Assembly (NCBI GenBank): GCA_963728565.1
Contig: CAVSLC010000004.1
Coordinates: 32,250 to 96,249, forward strand
From: an uncultured delta proteobacterium
GTDB lineage: Bacteria; Desulfobacterota; Binatia; UBA9968
Length of the DNA stretch: 64,000 nt
Direction: 5' to 3'
The notes beneath the pieces are model-generated. The model saw nothing but the letters and a program-made list of their open reading frames with translations, was not told the DNA's origin and ran no database searches. Made by a program: the position numbers and the translations under genes. This document shows, piece by piece, positions 26,284 to 35,176 of the stretch (position 1 is the first letter of the stretch; each line of letters opens with the position of its first letter).

Positions 26284-27486
26284 CTAGACGTCGAGCGGTT
26301 GACTCTCCGGGTTTTTGCCCAGTGGACCATTGTTTTTTACCAGCCCGTCCTCACCGCATAGTTGGTCGACATAGGGCAGAATACTTGGGGATAGGAATCT
26401 ATCGGCTTGATGAATGTATTCAGGGTAGATAGGTAATCGCGCCCGCAGCTCGAATCCCGCCGAGGCGCTCTTTTCGCGTAGTCGCTCTAGCGCCGGCCAT
26501 GGCGCTTCAGGATTGATGAAGTCCGGGGTCAGCGGCGATACGCCGCCCCAGTCATTGATGCCGGCTTCCAGGTAAAGCTCATAAGCGTCGGGTGTCAAAT
26601 TGGGCGGGGCTTGGATATTCATGCGACCGCCGAATATCAAACGCGCCAGAGCGATGGTTTTCAACATGTCCCCCGGCGCGGGCTCCGGATGAAGACACAT
26701 CGGGATAGTCGGCTTGACGCGAAAGTTTTGGATAATCACCTCTTGAATATGGCCGTAACGCTCATGCAGCGCGCGGATCGCAAAAAGCGCGTCGACTCGT
26801 TCCGCCCAACTCTCGCCGATGCCGATCAGAATACCCGTGGTAAAAGGAATGCGAAGCTTGCCGGCCTGCTCAAGAGTGCGTAGACGAACCTTGGGCTTTT
26901 TGTCCGGCGCATTATCGTGGGCGCCGCCGCTCAACAACAAGCGCTCGCTGGTGCTCTCAAGCATCAACCCCATACTGGCATTCACCAGTTTCAAGCGGTG
27001 CAAATCACCCCTGCCCATCACCCCAGGATTGGCGTGTGGCAACAACTCGGTTTCTTCAAGCACCGTTCGGCAGGCTTCAAAGAGATAATCCAAAGTGCGT
27101 TGGAACCCGCGTTCGGCTAAGAAGGCCTTCATCGGCGGATAGATCGCCTCAGGTTTGTCGCCCAAACTGAAAAGCACTTCGGTGCAGCCAAACAATCTTC
27201 CATGGCGCGCCACGCGAACCACTTCCTCAAGGGTCATTGTTTTGGCGCCAGCTTCCTCCGGCGCTTTGCGAAAGGTGCAGTAACCGCAGAAGTCGCGGCA
27301 CAGATTCGTCAACGGAACAAATACTTTCGGCGAAAAAGTGACCACTCTGCCTTTGTGCACGTCGCGAAGCTGCGCCGCGGTGGCAAGCAATTCGTGCAAT
27401 TCGTCTGCTTCGACGTTGCACAGGGCAAGCGCCTCGGATCGCTCGAGCAATTTTCCTTGAAGACACTCTTTCAGCGCTTGCTGCAT
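26284..27486 (-). CDS. cofG: FO synthase radical-SAM subunit, CofG-like
   Basis: 400 aa. The radical-SAM motif CRDFCGYC sits in the context VTFSPKVFVPLTNLCRDFCGYCTFRK. This resembles CofG (..NVFIPLT..C.N.CGYC.F) rather than CofH (..N.NINFTN.C...C.FCAF). Confidence 0.7.
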   Translation of the reverse strand: MQQALKECLQGKLLERSEALALCNVEADELHELLATAAQLRDVHKGRVVTFSPKVFVPLTNLCRDFCGYCTFRKAPEEAGAKTMTLEEVVRVARHGRLFGCTEVLFSLGDKPEAIYPPMKAFLAERGFQRTLDYLFEACRTVLEETELLPHANPGVMGRGDLHRLKLVNASMGLMLESTSERLLLSGGAHDNAPDKKPKVRLRTLEQAGKLRIPFTTGILIGIGESWAERVDALFAIRALHERYGHIQEVIIQNFRVKPTIPMCLHPEPAPGDMLKTIALARLIFGGRMNIQAPPNLTPDAYELYLEAGINDWGGVSPLTPDFINPEAPWPALERLREKSASAGFELRARLPIYPEYIHQADRFLSPSILPYVDQLCGEDGLVKNNGPLGKNPESQPLDV

Positions 27487-27805
27487 CAGCCTGTTGCATA
27501 TCGGATCGGCATAGTTGGGTCAACTGCAACTTCAATCGTGAAATCAGCCTGTCCCGCCAACAAAATGATCAGCAGGTAACGGCCACACATTCTCGAGGTC
27601 GTATGGGGATCAAGGACGGCGCTAAACCCAATCAACGGGAGCTCTAATTGCTCGCTTGAGCAAAGCTATTCTGAATGATACGAGTCTGGCTGGATTAAGC
27701 ATCTGAATTTCGCCAACAAACGCCGGCACGGTTCGTCAGCCCTGTTGCCGAACCGCCGTCGTGAAAAATAAACCATCAGAAAAATGGTCACCGGGGGAAC
27801 GGGTC

Positions 27806-29005
27806 ATGGATAACTTTGACGATGTGCTTGTGATTGATGCTGACGGCCATGTATACGAAGGCAACGTCGATCTCGCCAGCCGTATGCCTGAGAAGTGGCG
27901 CTCGCAGGCTCCCGTGCGACTAAAAGACAACCAGGGTAACTCGCGCATCATGTTGGAAGGACGCCTTTGGTCCGCCTCTCAAGGTCCCGGTCCCGGTGTC
28001 AGCGGCCCGATGACCGAAAAAGCGCGGGGTTATCGACCAGGCATGGTCGACCCGTTAGCACGATTGAAGGATATGGATGAGGAAGGCATCGATGTTGCCG
28101 TGCTGTTCGGCACGCAAATAGCGCTCACGGTAAATGGGCTGATGAACGGTGAGCTGGCCGCTGTGCTTTGCCGCGCGGTCAACGAATGGCTGTTGGAGTA
28201 TTGTTCCGCCGATCCCAAGCGCTTGCTTGCAGTCGGCCTGATCCCGTGCCAGACGCCGCAAGCCGCGGTCAAAGAATTGGAATTTCTCGCCAAAGCCGGC
28301 GCGGTCACCGCAATGCTGCCAACCAACGTCTACGGGCGCAACATGGGTGATGGGATGTTCGATCCGATTTATGACTGCGCACAGTCCCTCGGCATGACTT
28401 TGAGCGTTCATCCGCAGACCGGCCACGACGGCGTTCCGGGTGTCTCCGGCGTGATGGGCGCGGGCAGCGAGCGGTTTTTCAAATACGTCTACGTGCATAT
28501 GACCGCGTTTCCTTTCGAGCTAATGATCGCCATGATGCACATGATCGGCGAGGGAGTTTTTGACCGCTATCCGAAGCTGCGCGTAGGTTTCATGGAGGGC
28601 GGCGCCGGCTGGCTGCCATTCTGGGCCGAACGATTTGATGAGCACATCGAGAAGCTTGCACCGCAAATGCCGGAGTTGAAACGCCGCCCCAGCGAGATCA
28701 TCCGCGGCGAACAAGTCGTGCTCACCTGCGAATCCGAAGAGACCGGCCTCGATCGGGTGTTCGCGGCCAACGGCGAAAACACGGTTCTCTACGCTTCGGA
28801 TTACTGCCATTGGGATTGTCACTTTCCCTATTCGGTGAAGGACGTCGTCGATGGGGAGGATTTAACTTTTCCTCAAAAGGAAAGATTGTTAAACCGCAAC
28901 GCGATCGAGTTCTTCAAACTGAAGAGCCTGCCGCAACCCGCTGCTCTTAAGAAAGCCCGTCAAAGCTGGGCAAGCATAGGCCGGCAAAAGATCGCCACCG
29001 CCTGA
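27806..29005 (+). CDS. amidohydrolase-2 (PF04909-like, ACMSD/LigW-type) family metal-dependent hydrolase or decarboxylase
   Basis: N-terminal VIDADGHVYE motif and TIM-barrel hydrolase-like sequence. Start trimmed from the track's GTG at 27761 to the ATG at 27806. Confidence 0.7.
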   Translation: MDNFDDVLVIDADGHVYEGNVDLASRMPEKWRSQAPVRLKDNQGNSRIMLEGRLWSASQGPGPGVSGPMTEKARGYRPGMVDPLARLKDMDEEGIDVAVLFGTQIALTVNGLMNGELAAVLCRAVNEWLLEYCSADPKRLLAVGLIPCQTPQAAVKELEFLAKAGAVTAMLPTNVYGRNMGDGMFDPIYDCAQSLGMTLSVHPQTGHDGVPGVSGVMGAGSERFFKYVYVHMTAFPFELMIAMMHMIGEGVFDRYPKLRVGFMEGGAGWLPFWAERFDEHIEKLAPQMPELKRRPSEIIRGEQVVLTCESEETGLDRVFAANGENTVLYASDYCHWDCHFPYSVKDVVDGEDLTFPQKERLLNRNAIEFFKLKSLPQPAALKKARQSWASIGRQKIATA

Positions 29006-29023
29006 TCACAAGAGGGAGCTTTG

Positions 29024-30001
29024 ATGAACCCGAAAACCTCGGACAGAGCAAGCCACCGCGGCGTGCTCGTCGCCAGCCTCTCGTTAGCCTTCATTCTGCT
29101 CCTGGGCAGCAGCGTTCGCGGCGCCGAAGGCCTGCAGAAAATCAGAGTCGGTTTTCCTTCCCTGGCGTTCTCATACATGCCGTACTACGTCGCTCAGGAA
29201 AAAGGGTTTTTGAAACAATATGGCTTGGAAGCCGAGTACATCCAGATGCGCACAGGCATTCAGCCTCAAGCCGTCATCAATGGCAATATCAACTTTTTCC
29301 CATCGGTCTCCACCGGGATTTCCGCGGCGGTTTCCGGCTTGCCGCTGACGGTGGTATTGAATTTCTGTGACGGCACGCCGTGGATCCTGGTCACGCAGAA
29401 GGAGATCAACAAGCCGCAGGATCTAATCGGCAAGCAGGTGGCGGTCTCAGGCCTGCGAACATCGCCGCATTACTTTTTGCAGGCGGCTCTCAAGAAATGG
29501 GAAATCGCCGAGAAAGACGTCGGCATTATCAGCACCGGCGGCACTGCCGACAGCTTTATCGCCCTTGCAAGCAACCGGGTCGCGGGCACAGTGTTGACGC
29601 CGCCGTTCGATGACAAGGCAGTCTCTTTGGGCTACAAGAAATTCATGTTCCTGGGCGACTTGGCGGATATTCCCTACGTCGGCGTGGTTACTTCGCAGGC
29701 GCAAATCAAAAATAATCGCGAGATGGTGCGCAGAACGCTTGCTGCGCTCACCGACTCCGTCGCCTGGATTCGCGCCAACCGCGCCGAAAGCAGCAAGATG
29801 ATCGCCAATAAGTTTAAAATCACTGCCGCCGAGGCCGAGCAGACCTACAATACGTTGATCAAGATTCTTAACAAGGACGGACGACTCGATCCCAAAGTCG
29901 CGCGCGGCTATTTGGAGCTGCTACGACAGGAGCGGCCAATTGCGGCGGATTTCGACCCGCAAAAGGTGCTTGATTTCTCTCTATTGCCAGGGAGTCGCTA
30001 G
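29024..30001 (+). CDS. NMT1/TauA-like periplasmic solute-binding protein
   Basis: Signal peptide. It is a paralog of the ORFs at 7145 and 59812 (IRVGFPSLAFSYMPYYVAQEKGFLKQYGLEAEYIQMRTG...LIGKQVAVSG). Confidence 0.7.
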   Translation: MNPKTSDRASHRGVLVASLSLAFILLLGSSVRGAEGLQKIRVGFPSLAFSYMPYYVAQEKGFLKQYGLEAEYIQMRTGIQPQAVINGNINFFPSVSTGISAAVSGLPLTVVLNFCDGTPWILVTQKEINKPQDLIGKQVAVSGLRTSPHYFLQAALKKWEIAEKDVGIISTGGTADSFIALASNRVAGTVLTPPFDDKAVSLGYKKFMFLGDLADIPYVGVVTSQAQIKNNREMVRRTLAALTDSVAWIRANRAESSKMIANKFKITAAEAEQTYNTLIKILNKDGRLDPKVARGYLELLRQERPIAADFDPQKVLDFSLLPGSR

Positions 30002-30007
30002 TCACCC

Positions 30008-30673
30008 ATGAAGCTGCGAAACAAATCTACTTCTATTGTTCTGATCATCGCAGTCTGTTCTAATTTCGCGCTGGTCGTTCTCAATCCTGCGGTGGCGCAG
30101 TCACCCCGGCACATCAAAGTGCTGGTCGATAGCCAGCAACAAGTCACAGGCAATCATGACGAGGTGCAAGGAACCGGCAGCATCGTAATTCATGGAGGCG
30201 GCGCACAACCCTCCGGCCGGGTGACGGCCGGCAACCGGCAGACAACGGTTCAGCGATCCACCGGGATTTTTACCTTGGTGCAAGATGGCGGCGAGTCGAT
30301 TTTAACGATGGCAACGAGAGTGCCGCAGACCCAGGTAAGCTTCTATCGCGATTACGCCGGCCGGATCGGCTACATCGATCGGCGAATTACTTTCACCGAG
30401 GTTGGAACTTCGTTGCGTGTCGCCGCCAACGCTCTTGCAGACAAGCAGATACGGGTCAGACTAACGCCTCGGATAAGTTATTTTTCTGCCGAGCGTTCCG
30501 GCGCCATCGATTTCACCGAGGCAATGACTGAGATGATCGTTCCCAATGGCCAACCCGTGTCGCTAGGCGGTTCAACGAGCCGCTTACACGAACTCACCCG
30601 GCAGATCTTAGGATACAGCGAGCGCACCAGCAGCAGCGAAACCCAGTTGGTTTTAACTGCGACGTTACAGTGA
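30008..30673 (+). CDS. secreted protein with a secretin-C-domain-like sequence pattern (function unknown)
   Basis: Signal peptide (IVLIIAVCSNFALVVLNPAVAQ). The C-terminal ~110 aa follow the secretin-domain pattern by eye: F.EVGTSLRV.A....D..IRVRLTPRIS....G.I......TE..VPNGQPVSLGG.........SETQLVLTATL. Confidence 0.4.
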   Translation: MKLRNKSTSIVLIIAVCSNFALVVLNPAVAQSPRHIKVLVDSQQQVTGNHDEVQGTGSIVIHGGGAQPSGRVTAGNRQTTVQRSTGIFTLVQDGGESILTMATRVPQTQVSFYRDYAGRIGYIDRRITFTEVGTSLRVAANALADKQIRVRLTPRISYFSAERSGAIDFTEAMTEMIVPNGQPVSLGGSTSRLHELTRQILGYSERTSSSETQLVLTATLQ

Positions 30674-30799
30674 TTGGTTTCAAGAGGTACATTCGCAGGG
30701 GATGTATTTTGTTTCATCATTGCTCGCGCCAGAAAACGGCGGAAGTTATTGACAACCTAGCCCTGCGAGGTGCTCAAATAAACTATAGGAGGACTGGTT

Positions 30800-31894
30800 A
30801 TGGGATTTAAAGGTTATACGATCATTGATGGTGACGGTCATGTGATTGAGGACACCAAGGCTATGGTTGGGTTCATGCCTCAACCCTACCGCGATAAGTT
30901 CGATACCCATCCATTCTTCAATCCGTTTCCGCCGCTGGATCACCTCCATTCAGCCAACATGCACGATTTCCAGCCGGGAGCATTCAACAAAGTCGGTCCG
31001 GACGGTTGGTTGGATTTCCTTGAGGATGTGGGAATCGAGACAACCGTTCTTTACACCACGCTTGGCCTGGCGTTCGGGAAAATTGTCAGCCGCGATTGGG
31101 CGATTGACGTCGCGCGCGGCTACAACGACTGGTTGTATCATGAGTACCTGAAGAAAAGTCCGCGGTTCAAGGGAATAGCTTTGATTCCGCTCCAGGAAAC
31201 GCAGGCCGCTGTTGAAGAGCTGAGAAGGGCGGTGAAGGAACTGGGCATGTGCGGCGCGATGCTGCCGTCCACCGGTATTCAATCGAATCTCGGTGATCAG
31301 CGTTATTGGCCGATCTATGAAGAAGCCGATCGTTTGGGTTGCGCACTCGGCGTTCATGGCGGTGCGCACGAAAACATGGGGCTGGATGACTTGAGCCCGT
31401 ATGCTCCGGTTCACGCTCTCGGTCATCCCTTCGGTCAGATGATTTCGTTCGCCGGCATGGTCTTCAACGGCATCTTCGATAAATTTCCTAATGTGAAATT
31501 TGGTTTTATGGAAGGGGGCGTCGCTTGGCTGCTGATGTGCTTGGAACGTTTCGATCGCTCTTGGGAAACACACATCCAGCATGATCCGCGCAAACGTTTT
31601 CTTAATCTACGCCCCAAAGAAAAAGTCCGTGAATATATCTCGCGACACATCGACGAAGGCCGGATCTTTATCGGCTGCGAAGGCGAAGAGCCAGATATCG
31701 CCTACGCGATCGAGCGGGTAGGCAATAAGCCGTTCGTTTTTTCCAGTGACTATCCGCACGAAGTGAACAATGAATTCTGCAAACATGAAATCAGCGAGAT
31801 GCTCGAAAACGAGGACATGACCGAGGCCGACAAGAAGGCGGTGCTCCATGAAAATGCCCGCCGGTTTTACAGCCTTGGCACGCCGGCGCCATGA
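30800..31894 (+). CDS. amidohydrolase-2 family metal-dependent hydrolase or decarboxylase
   Basis: IIDGDGHVIED N-terminal motif, a late SDYPHE motif, and a GGAGGA RBS. 364 aa. Confidence 0.75.
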   Translation: MGFKGYTIIDGDGHVIEDTKAMVGFMPQPYRDKFDTHPFFNPFPPLDHLHSANMHDFQPGAFNKVGPDGWLDFLEDVGIETTVLYTTLGLAFGKIVSRDWAIDVARGYNDWLYHEYLKKSPRFKGIALIPLQETQAAVEELRRAVKELGMCGAMLPSTGIQSNLGDQRYWPIYEEADRLGCALGVHGGAHENMGLDDLSPYAPVHALGHPFGQMISFAGMVFNGIFDKFPNVKFGFMEGGVAWLLMCLERFDRSWETHIQHDPRKRFLNLRPKEKVREYISRHIDEGRIFIGCEGEEPDIAYAIERVGNKPFVFSSDYPHEVNNEFCKHEISEMLENEDMTEADKKAVLHENARRFYSLGTPAP

Positions 31895-32591
31895 AGCTCA
31901 GGCGCGCATCGGTTTGATCATTCCATCGAGCAATCGCCTGACCGAGCCACAGTTTAACCGCTATGCGCCGCCGGGAGTGGACACCCATGTCACCCGGCTG
32001 CGCATGACCGGCAAGTTTCGCAAGCCGTTAGATGAGTTGAAGGCATCCCTGGTCGCAGCGTCCGAGGCTCTTTCGGATGTGAAACCCGGCATCATCGTTT
32101 TCCACTGTACGGCAAACTCGATGGAGAATGGATTGGCGCACGAAGCCGCCATCGTTGAAATTATTGAACAGGCCAGCGGCTGTCCGACCCTCACCACCGC
32201 GCAAGCAATCACCCAAGCGTTCAACCACTTTGACATAAAAAAACTGGTGCTGATCAGTCCCTATGTTCAAGCGACCAACCAACACGAAGTTCACTACTTG
32301 AATGAAGCCGGCTACACAGTCGTCCATGAGCTCGGTCTCGGACTCGAAACTCAAGGTTATTCGGCAGTGACTCCCGAGGAGTGGAAAAGGATTGTCGGAG
32401 AAAATACCCGGGCAGATGCCGATGGCTACTTTCTCAGTTGCACGAACACGCGGATGATCGAAGCCGTCCCCGATATTGAGCGGGAAATCGATAAACCGGT
32501 CGTCAGCAGCAACCAAGCAACTTTGTGGGCGTGCCTGAAGCGGCTAGGCATCGCCCATTCCGACAAGAAGCTGGGGCGTCTTTTCAATTAG
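31848..32591 (+). CDS. Asp/Glu/hydantoin-racemase superfamily protein, maleate cis-trans isomerase-like
   Basis: RIGLIIPSSN start of the fold. Two conserved catalytic-type cysteines are present (FHCTANS and LSCTNTR). The start is uncertain because the ORF overlaps the upstream gene by 47 nt; an in-frame TTG at 31875 is possible. Confidence 0.6.
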   Translation: MKMPAGFTALARRRHEAQARIGLIIPSSNRLTEPQFNRYAPPGVDTHVTRLRMTGKFRKPLDELKASLVAASEALSDVKPGIIVFHCTANSMENGLAHEAAIVEIIEQASGCPTLTTAQAITQAFNHFDIKKLVLISPYVQATNQHEVHYLNEAGYTVVHELGLGLETQGYSAVTPEEWKRIVGENTRADADGYFLSCTNTRMIEAVPDIEREIDKPVVSSNQATLWACLKRLGIAHSDKKLGRLFN

Positions 32592-32664
32592 CTCCGCAGT
32601 TTCAGATCGGCTACCGCGTGCGCGCTCAGCGATTGCTTCGACTGCAAGCACCCGAAATGCATGT

Positions 32665-34887
32665 TTATAGTTTCGCCAGCTTTTCTTTTAACCCCGTGTG
32701 GCGCCGTTCCAAGCGAACGTTTTGAATCGCCATCGCCACAGCGCGGCGGTTGCCGACGAGTACCACTCTTTTCTTACCTCGAGTAACGGCAGTGTAAAGA
32801 ATACTTCGATGGAGCATCATATAGTGGGACATGTGCAACGGGATGACCACCACCGGGTATTCACTGCCCTGGCTCTTGTGAATCGATGTGGCATAGGCCA
32901 GGCTTATTTCATCCAGCTCATCGTCGTTGTACTCGATTGTCTTGTCGTAGAAATCGACCTGAACCTTTCCTTCCTTACGATCTATGCCGGTAATTCGGCC
33001 AAGGTCGCCGTTGTAAATACCTTTGTCATAGTTGTTGCGCAACTGCATGACCTTGTCGTTGGCGCGAAGTAAGATTTCGCCGCGCTGAAGCGAATCGCCG
33101 ATGGGATTGAGTAAACTCTGCATCTCGCGGTTCAGTTGGATAGTCCCGAGCATGCCCCTGTGCATCGGCGTCAAGAGTTGGATAGCATGCGGCACCTCGT
33201 CGGCTGCGAGGTTCAACGTTCGCGGTAACTCCTCTTTAACCAGCTCCTTGAGCGATTGGAGAATTTCTTCTTCGGACTCGCGCGCCAGAAGAATGAAGTC
33301 TCGCTCCGAATTATCGCTCGGCGTCACTAACGACTGCCCCTGGAGAATACGATGAGCGTTGGCGACGATCAGGCTATGCCGATCTTGCCGGAAGATGCGG
33401 CGCAACATGACCACCGGTATGATTCCAGAATCAATCAGATCGCGCAGCACGCTGCCCGGTCCCACTGACGGAAGCTGATCGACATCGCCGATGAGAACGA
33501 GATGACTATGGCGGTCGATGGCGCTAAGCAGATTATCCATGAGCGACAGATCCACCATCGAGGCCTCATCGATGATCACCACGTCGGCCTCCAACGGCCG
33601 ATCTTCGCTCCGTTGAAAGCCGCCTTCATGTGGATTGTATTCGAGCAGCCGGTGAATCGTCATCGCTTCTTCCCCGGCGCTTTCAGCCATGCGCTTGGCC
33701 GCTCGTCCGGTCGGCGCCGCGAGAACGAAGGAAAATTTCGCGCGCCGCAAAAGAGCCAATAATGAGTTGAGCAAAGTGGTTTTGCCGGTTCCGGGCCCGC
33801 CGGTGATGACCAAAACCTTTTGCTGCAGCGCTTGGCGCACCGCTTCTTGTTGTTCCTCTTCGAGAATCGCAAAGGATTGATCGATGAGTTCCAGATCGGT
33901 CAACCCTATCAACTCGCGTGGTTCGGTGGTGGAACCGGGGACGGACTTTCTTCCGCCGCCGAGCGTGACAGAAGGACTCGACAGTAGCCGGTGCAGCGCT
34001 TCAGCGACTCGCTGCTCGGCGCGATAGAGGTCGGCCAGATAGACATGCGCCCGCTCCTCGCTGGTAGTCTGTTCCAGGATCACATCGCCGCTTGCAGCCA
34101 GCTTTTCCATCGCATCCTCGATCACACCTTCGCCCACACGCAGCAGCGCCGCGGCATTCCTGATTAGAGCCGAGAAAAGCACGAAACAATGCCCCTGATC
34201 GACAAACTCTTTGAGGACATGAAGCACGCCCGCCTGCACACGAAGGGGGAAATCACCGCTAATCCCGAGTCTCGCGGCGATGCGGTCTGCCAGGACAAAA
34301 CCGACACCATAGATATCGCGCGCCAGCGCATAAGGATTGTCCTTGACCCGCCGGATGGTATCCAAGCCGTAGAACCGGTAGATTTTGAGCGCCAGTGCGG
34401 CGCCGATGCCGTGTCCTTGCAAGAACACCATGATGTCTTGCATTCCGCGCTGCGCCTCCCAGGCTTGCATAATCCCGCGCGCCCGCGCGGCGCCGATGCC
34501 TTCGACTTCAAGCACACGATGCGGCTCCTGGGAGAGAATCCTCAAAGTTTCCAATCCGAAGGCGTCGACCAAACGTCGCGCATAGGTCGGCCCGATGCCT
34601 TTGATCATGCCCGAGCCAAGGTATTTTTCGATGCCTTCCAAAGTTGCCGGATCAACCTTTTCCCAATGATCGGCTTGAAATTGTTGGCCGTAGCGCGGGT
34701 GCGTTTTCCAGAAACCGAAAACTTTGATCTCCTCGCCTTCCGAAACGGGATAGACTGCGCCGACTACGGTGACGCCCGGGGCATTTTCGACGTCCAGCCG
34801 CAAAACCGTATAGTTAGTGTCGGGATGATGGTAGGTTATCTTATGCACGGTGCCCTGCACCGTGATTTTCTCGGGCTGTTTTATCAC
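32665..34887 (-). CDS. recD2: RecD2-like SF1B ATP-dependent DNA helicase
   Basis: 740 aa. Walker A ITGGPGTGKTT, DEASMVD (Walker B), GDVDQLPSVGPG, and C-terminal ATSIHKSQGSEYPVV. HhH-type N-terminal region. Confidence 0.85.
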   Translation of the reverse strand: MIKQPEKITVQGTVHKITYHHPDTNYTVLRLDVENAPGVTVVGAVYPVSEGEEIKVFGFWKTHPRYGQQFQADHWEKVDPATLEGIEKYLGSGMIKGIGPTYARRLVDAFGLETLRILSQEPHRVLEVEGIGAARARGIMQAWEAQRGMQDIMVFLQGHGIGAALALKIYRFYGLDTIRRVKDNPYALARDIYGVGFVLADRIAARLGISGDFPLRVQAGVLHVLKEFVDQGHCFVLFSALIRNAAALLRVGEGVIEDAMEKLAASGDVILEQTTSEERAHVYLADLYRAEQRVAEALHRLLSSPSVTLGGGRKSVPGSTTEPRELIGLTDLELIDQSFAILEEEQQEAVRQALQQKVLVITGGPGTGKTTLLNSLLALLRRAKFSFVLAAPTGRAAKRMAESAGEEAMTIHRLLEYNPHEGGFQRSEDRPLEADVVIIDEASMVDLSLMDNLLSAIDRHSHLVLIGDVDQLPSVGPGSVLRDLIDSGIIPVVMLRRIFRQDRHSLIVANAHRILQGQSLVTPSDNSERDFILLARESEEEILQSLKELVKEELPRTLNLAADEVPHAIQLLTPMHRGMLGTIQLNREMQSLLNPIGDSLQRGEILLRANDKVMQLRNNYDKGIYNGDLGRITGIDRKEGKVQVDFYDKTIEYNDDELDEISLAYATSIHKSQGSEYPVVVIPLHMSHYMMLHRSILYTAVTRGKKRVVLVGNRRAVAMAIQNVRLERRHTGLKEKLAKL

Positions 34888-35176
34888 GACGTCTTATTCC
34901 GGGCGTGTACGGATTGAATCATTCCCGCCCAAAAGCCTTAGCTCCGGAGCGGGCGTTGACCCCATTCGCCGAGTTGCGCCAACCTGTCGTGGCTCGAGTT
35001 TTGCTATAAATAACAAGCGCTTGCGTTTTCCCGAGCGGATGCTTACATTCGACTCTAGCAGATATGCGCCGCCTCCCGCACCTGACCCATCCATTCCAGA
35101 ACGTTGCCTCCCGGTGATACTCACGCCGAACGTGTTTTCCGTTGTCTTCGGACTGAAGATACGGAGGAGAGAATTG

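Noticed and set aside
34850-35176. Upstream extensions in the ORF track created by GTG/TTG starts. These are 34850 (hemolysin-family gene), 39454 (KaiC-like 1), 8107 (hydrolase), 7130, 27761, 36913..38079 (hisC), 20530, and 21776.
   Set aside because: The extensions are not protein-like and/or overlap the preceding gene. In each case an internal ATG with a Shine-Dalgarno sequence gives a protein of family-typical length and N-terminus.
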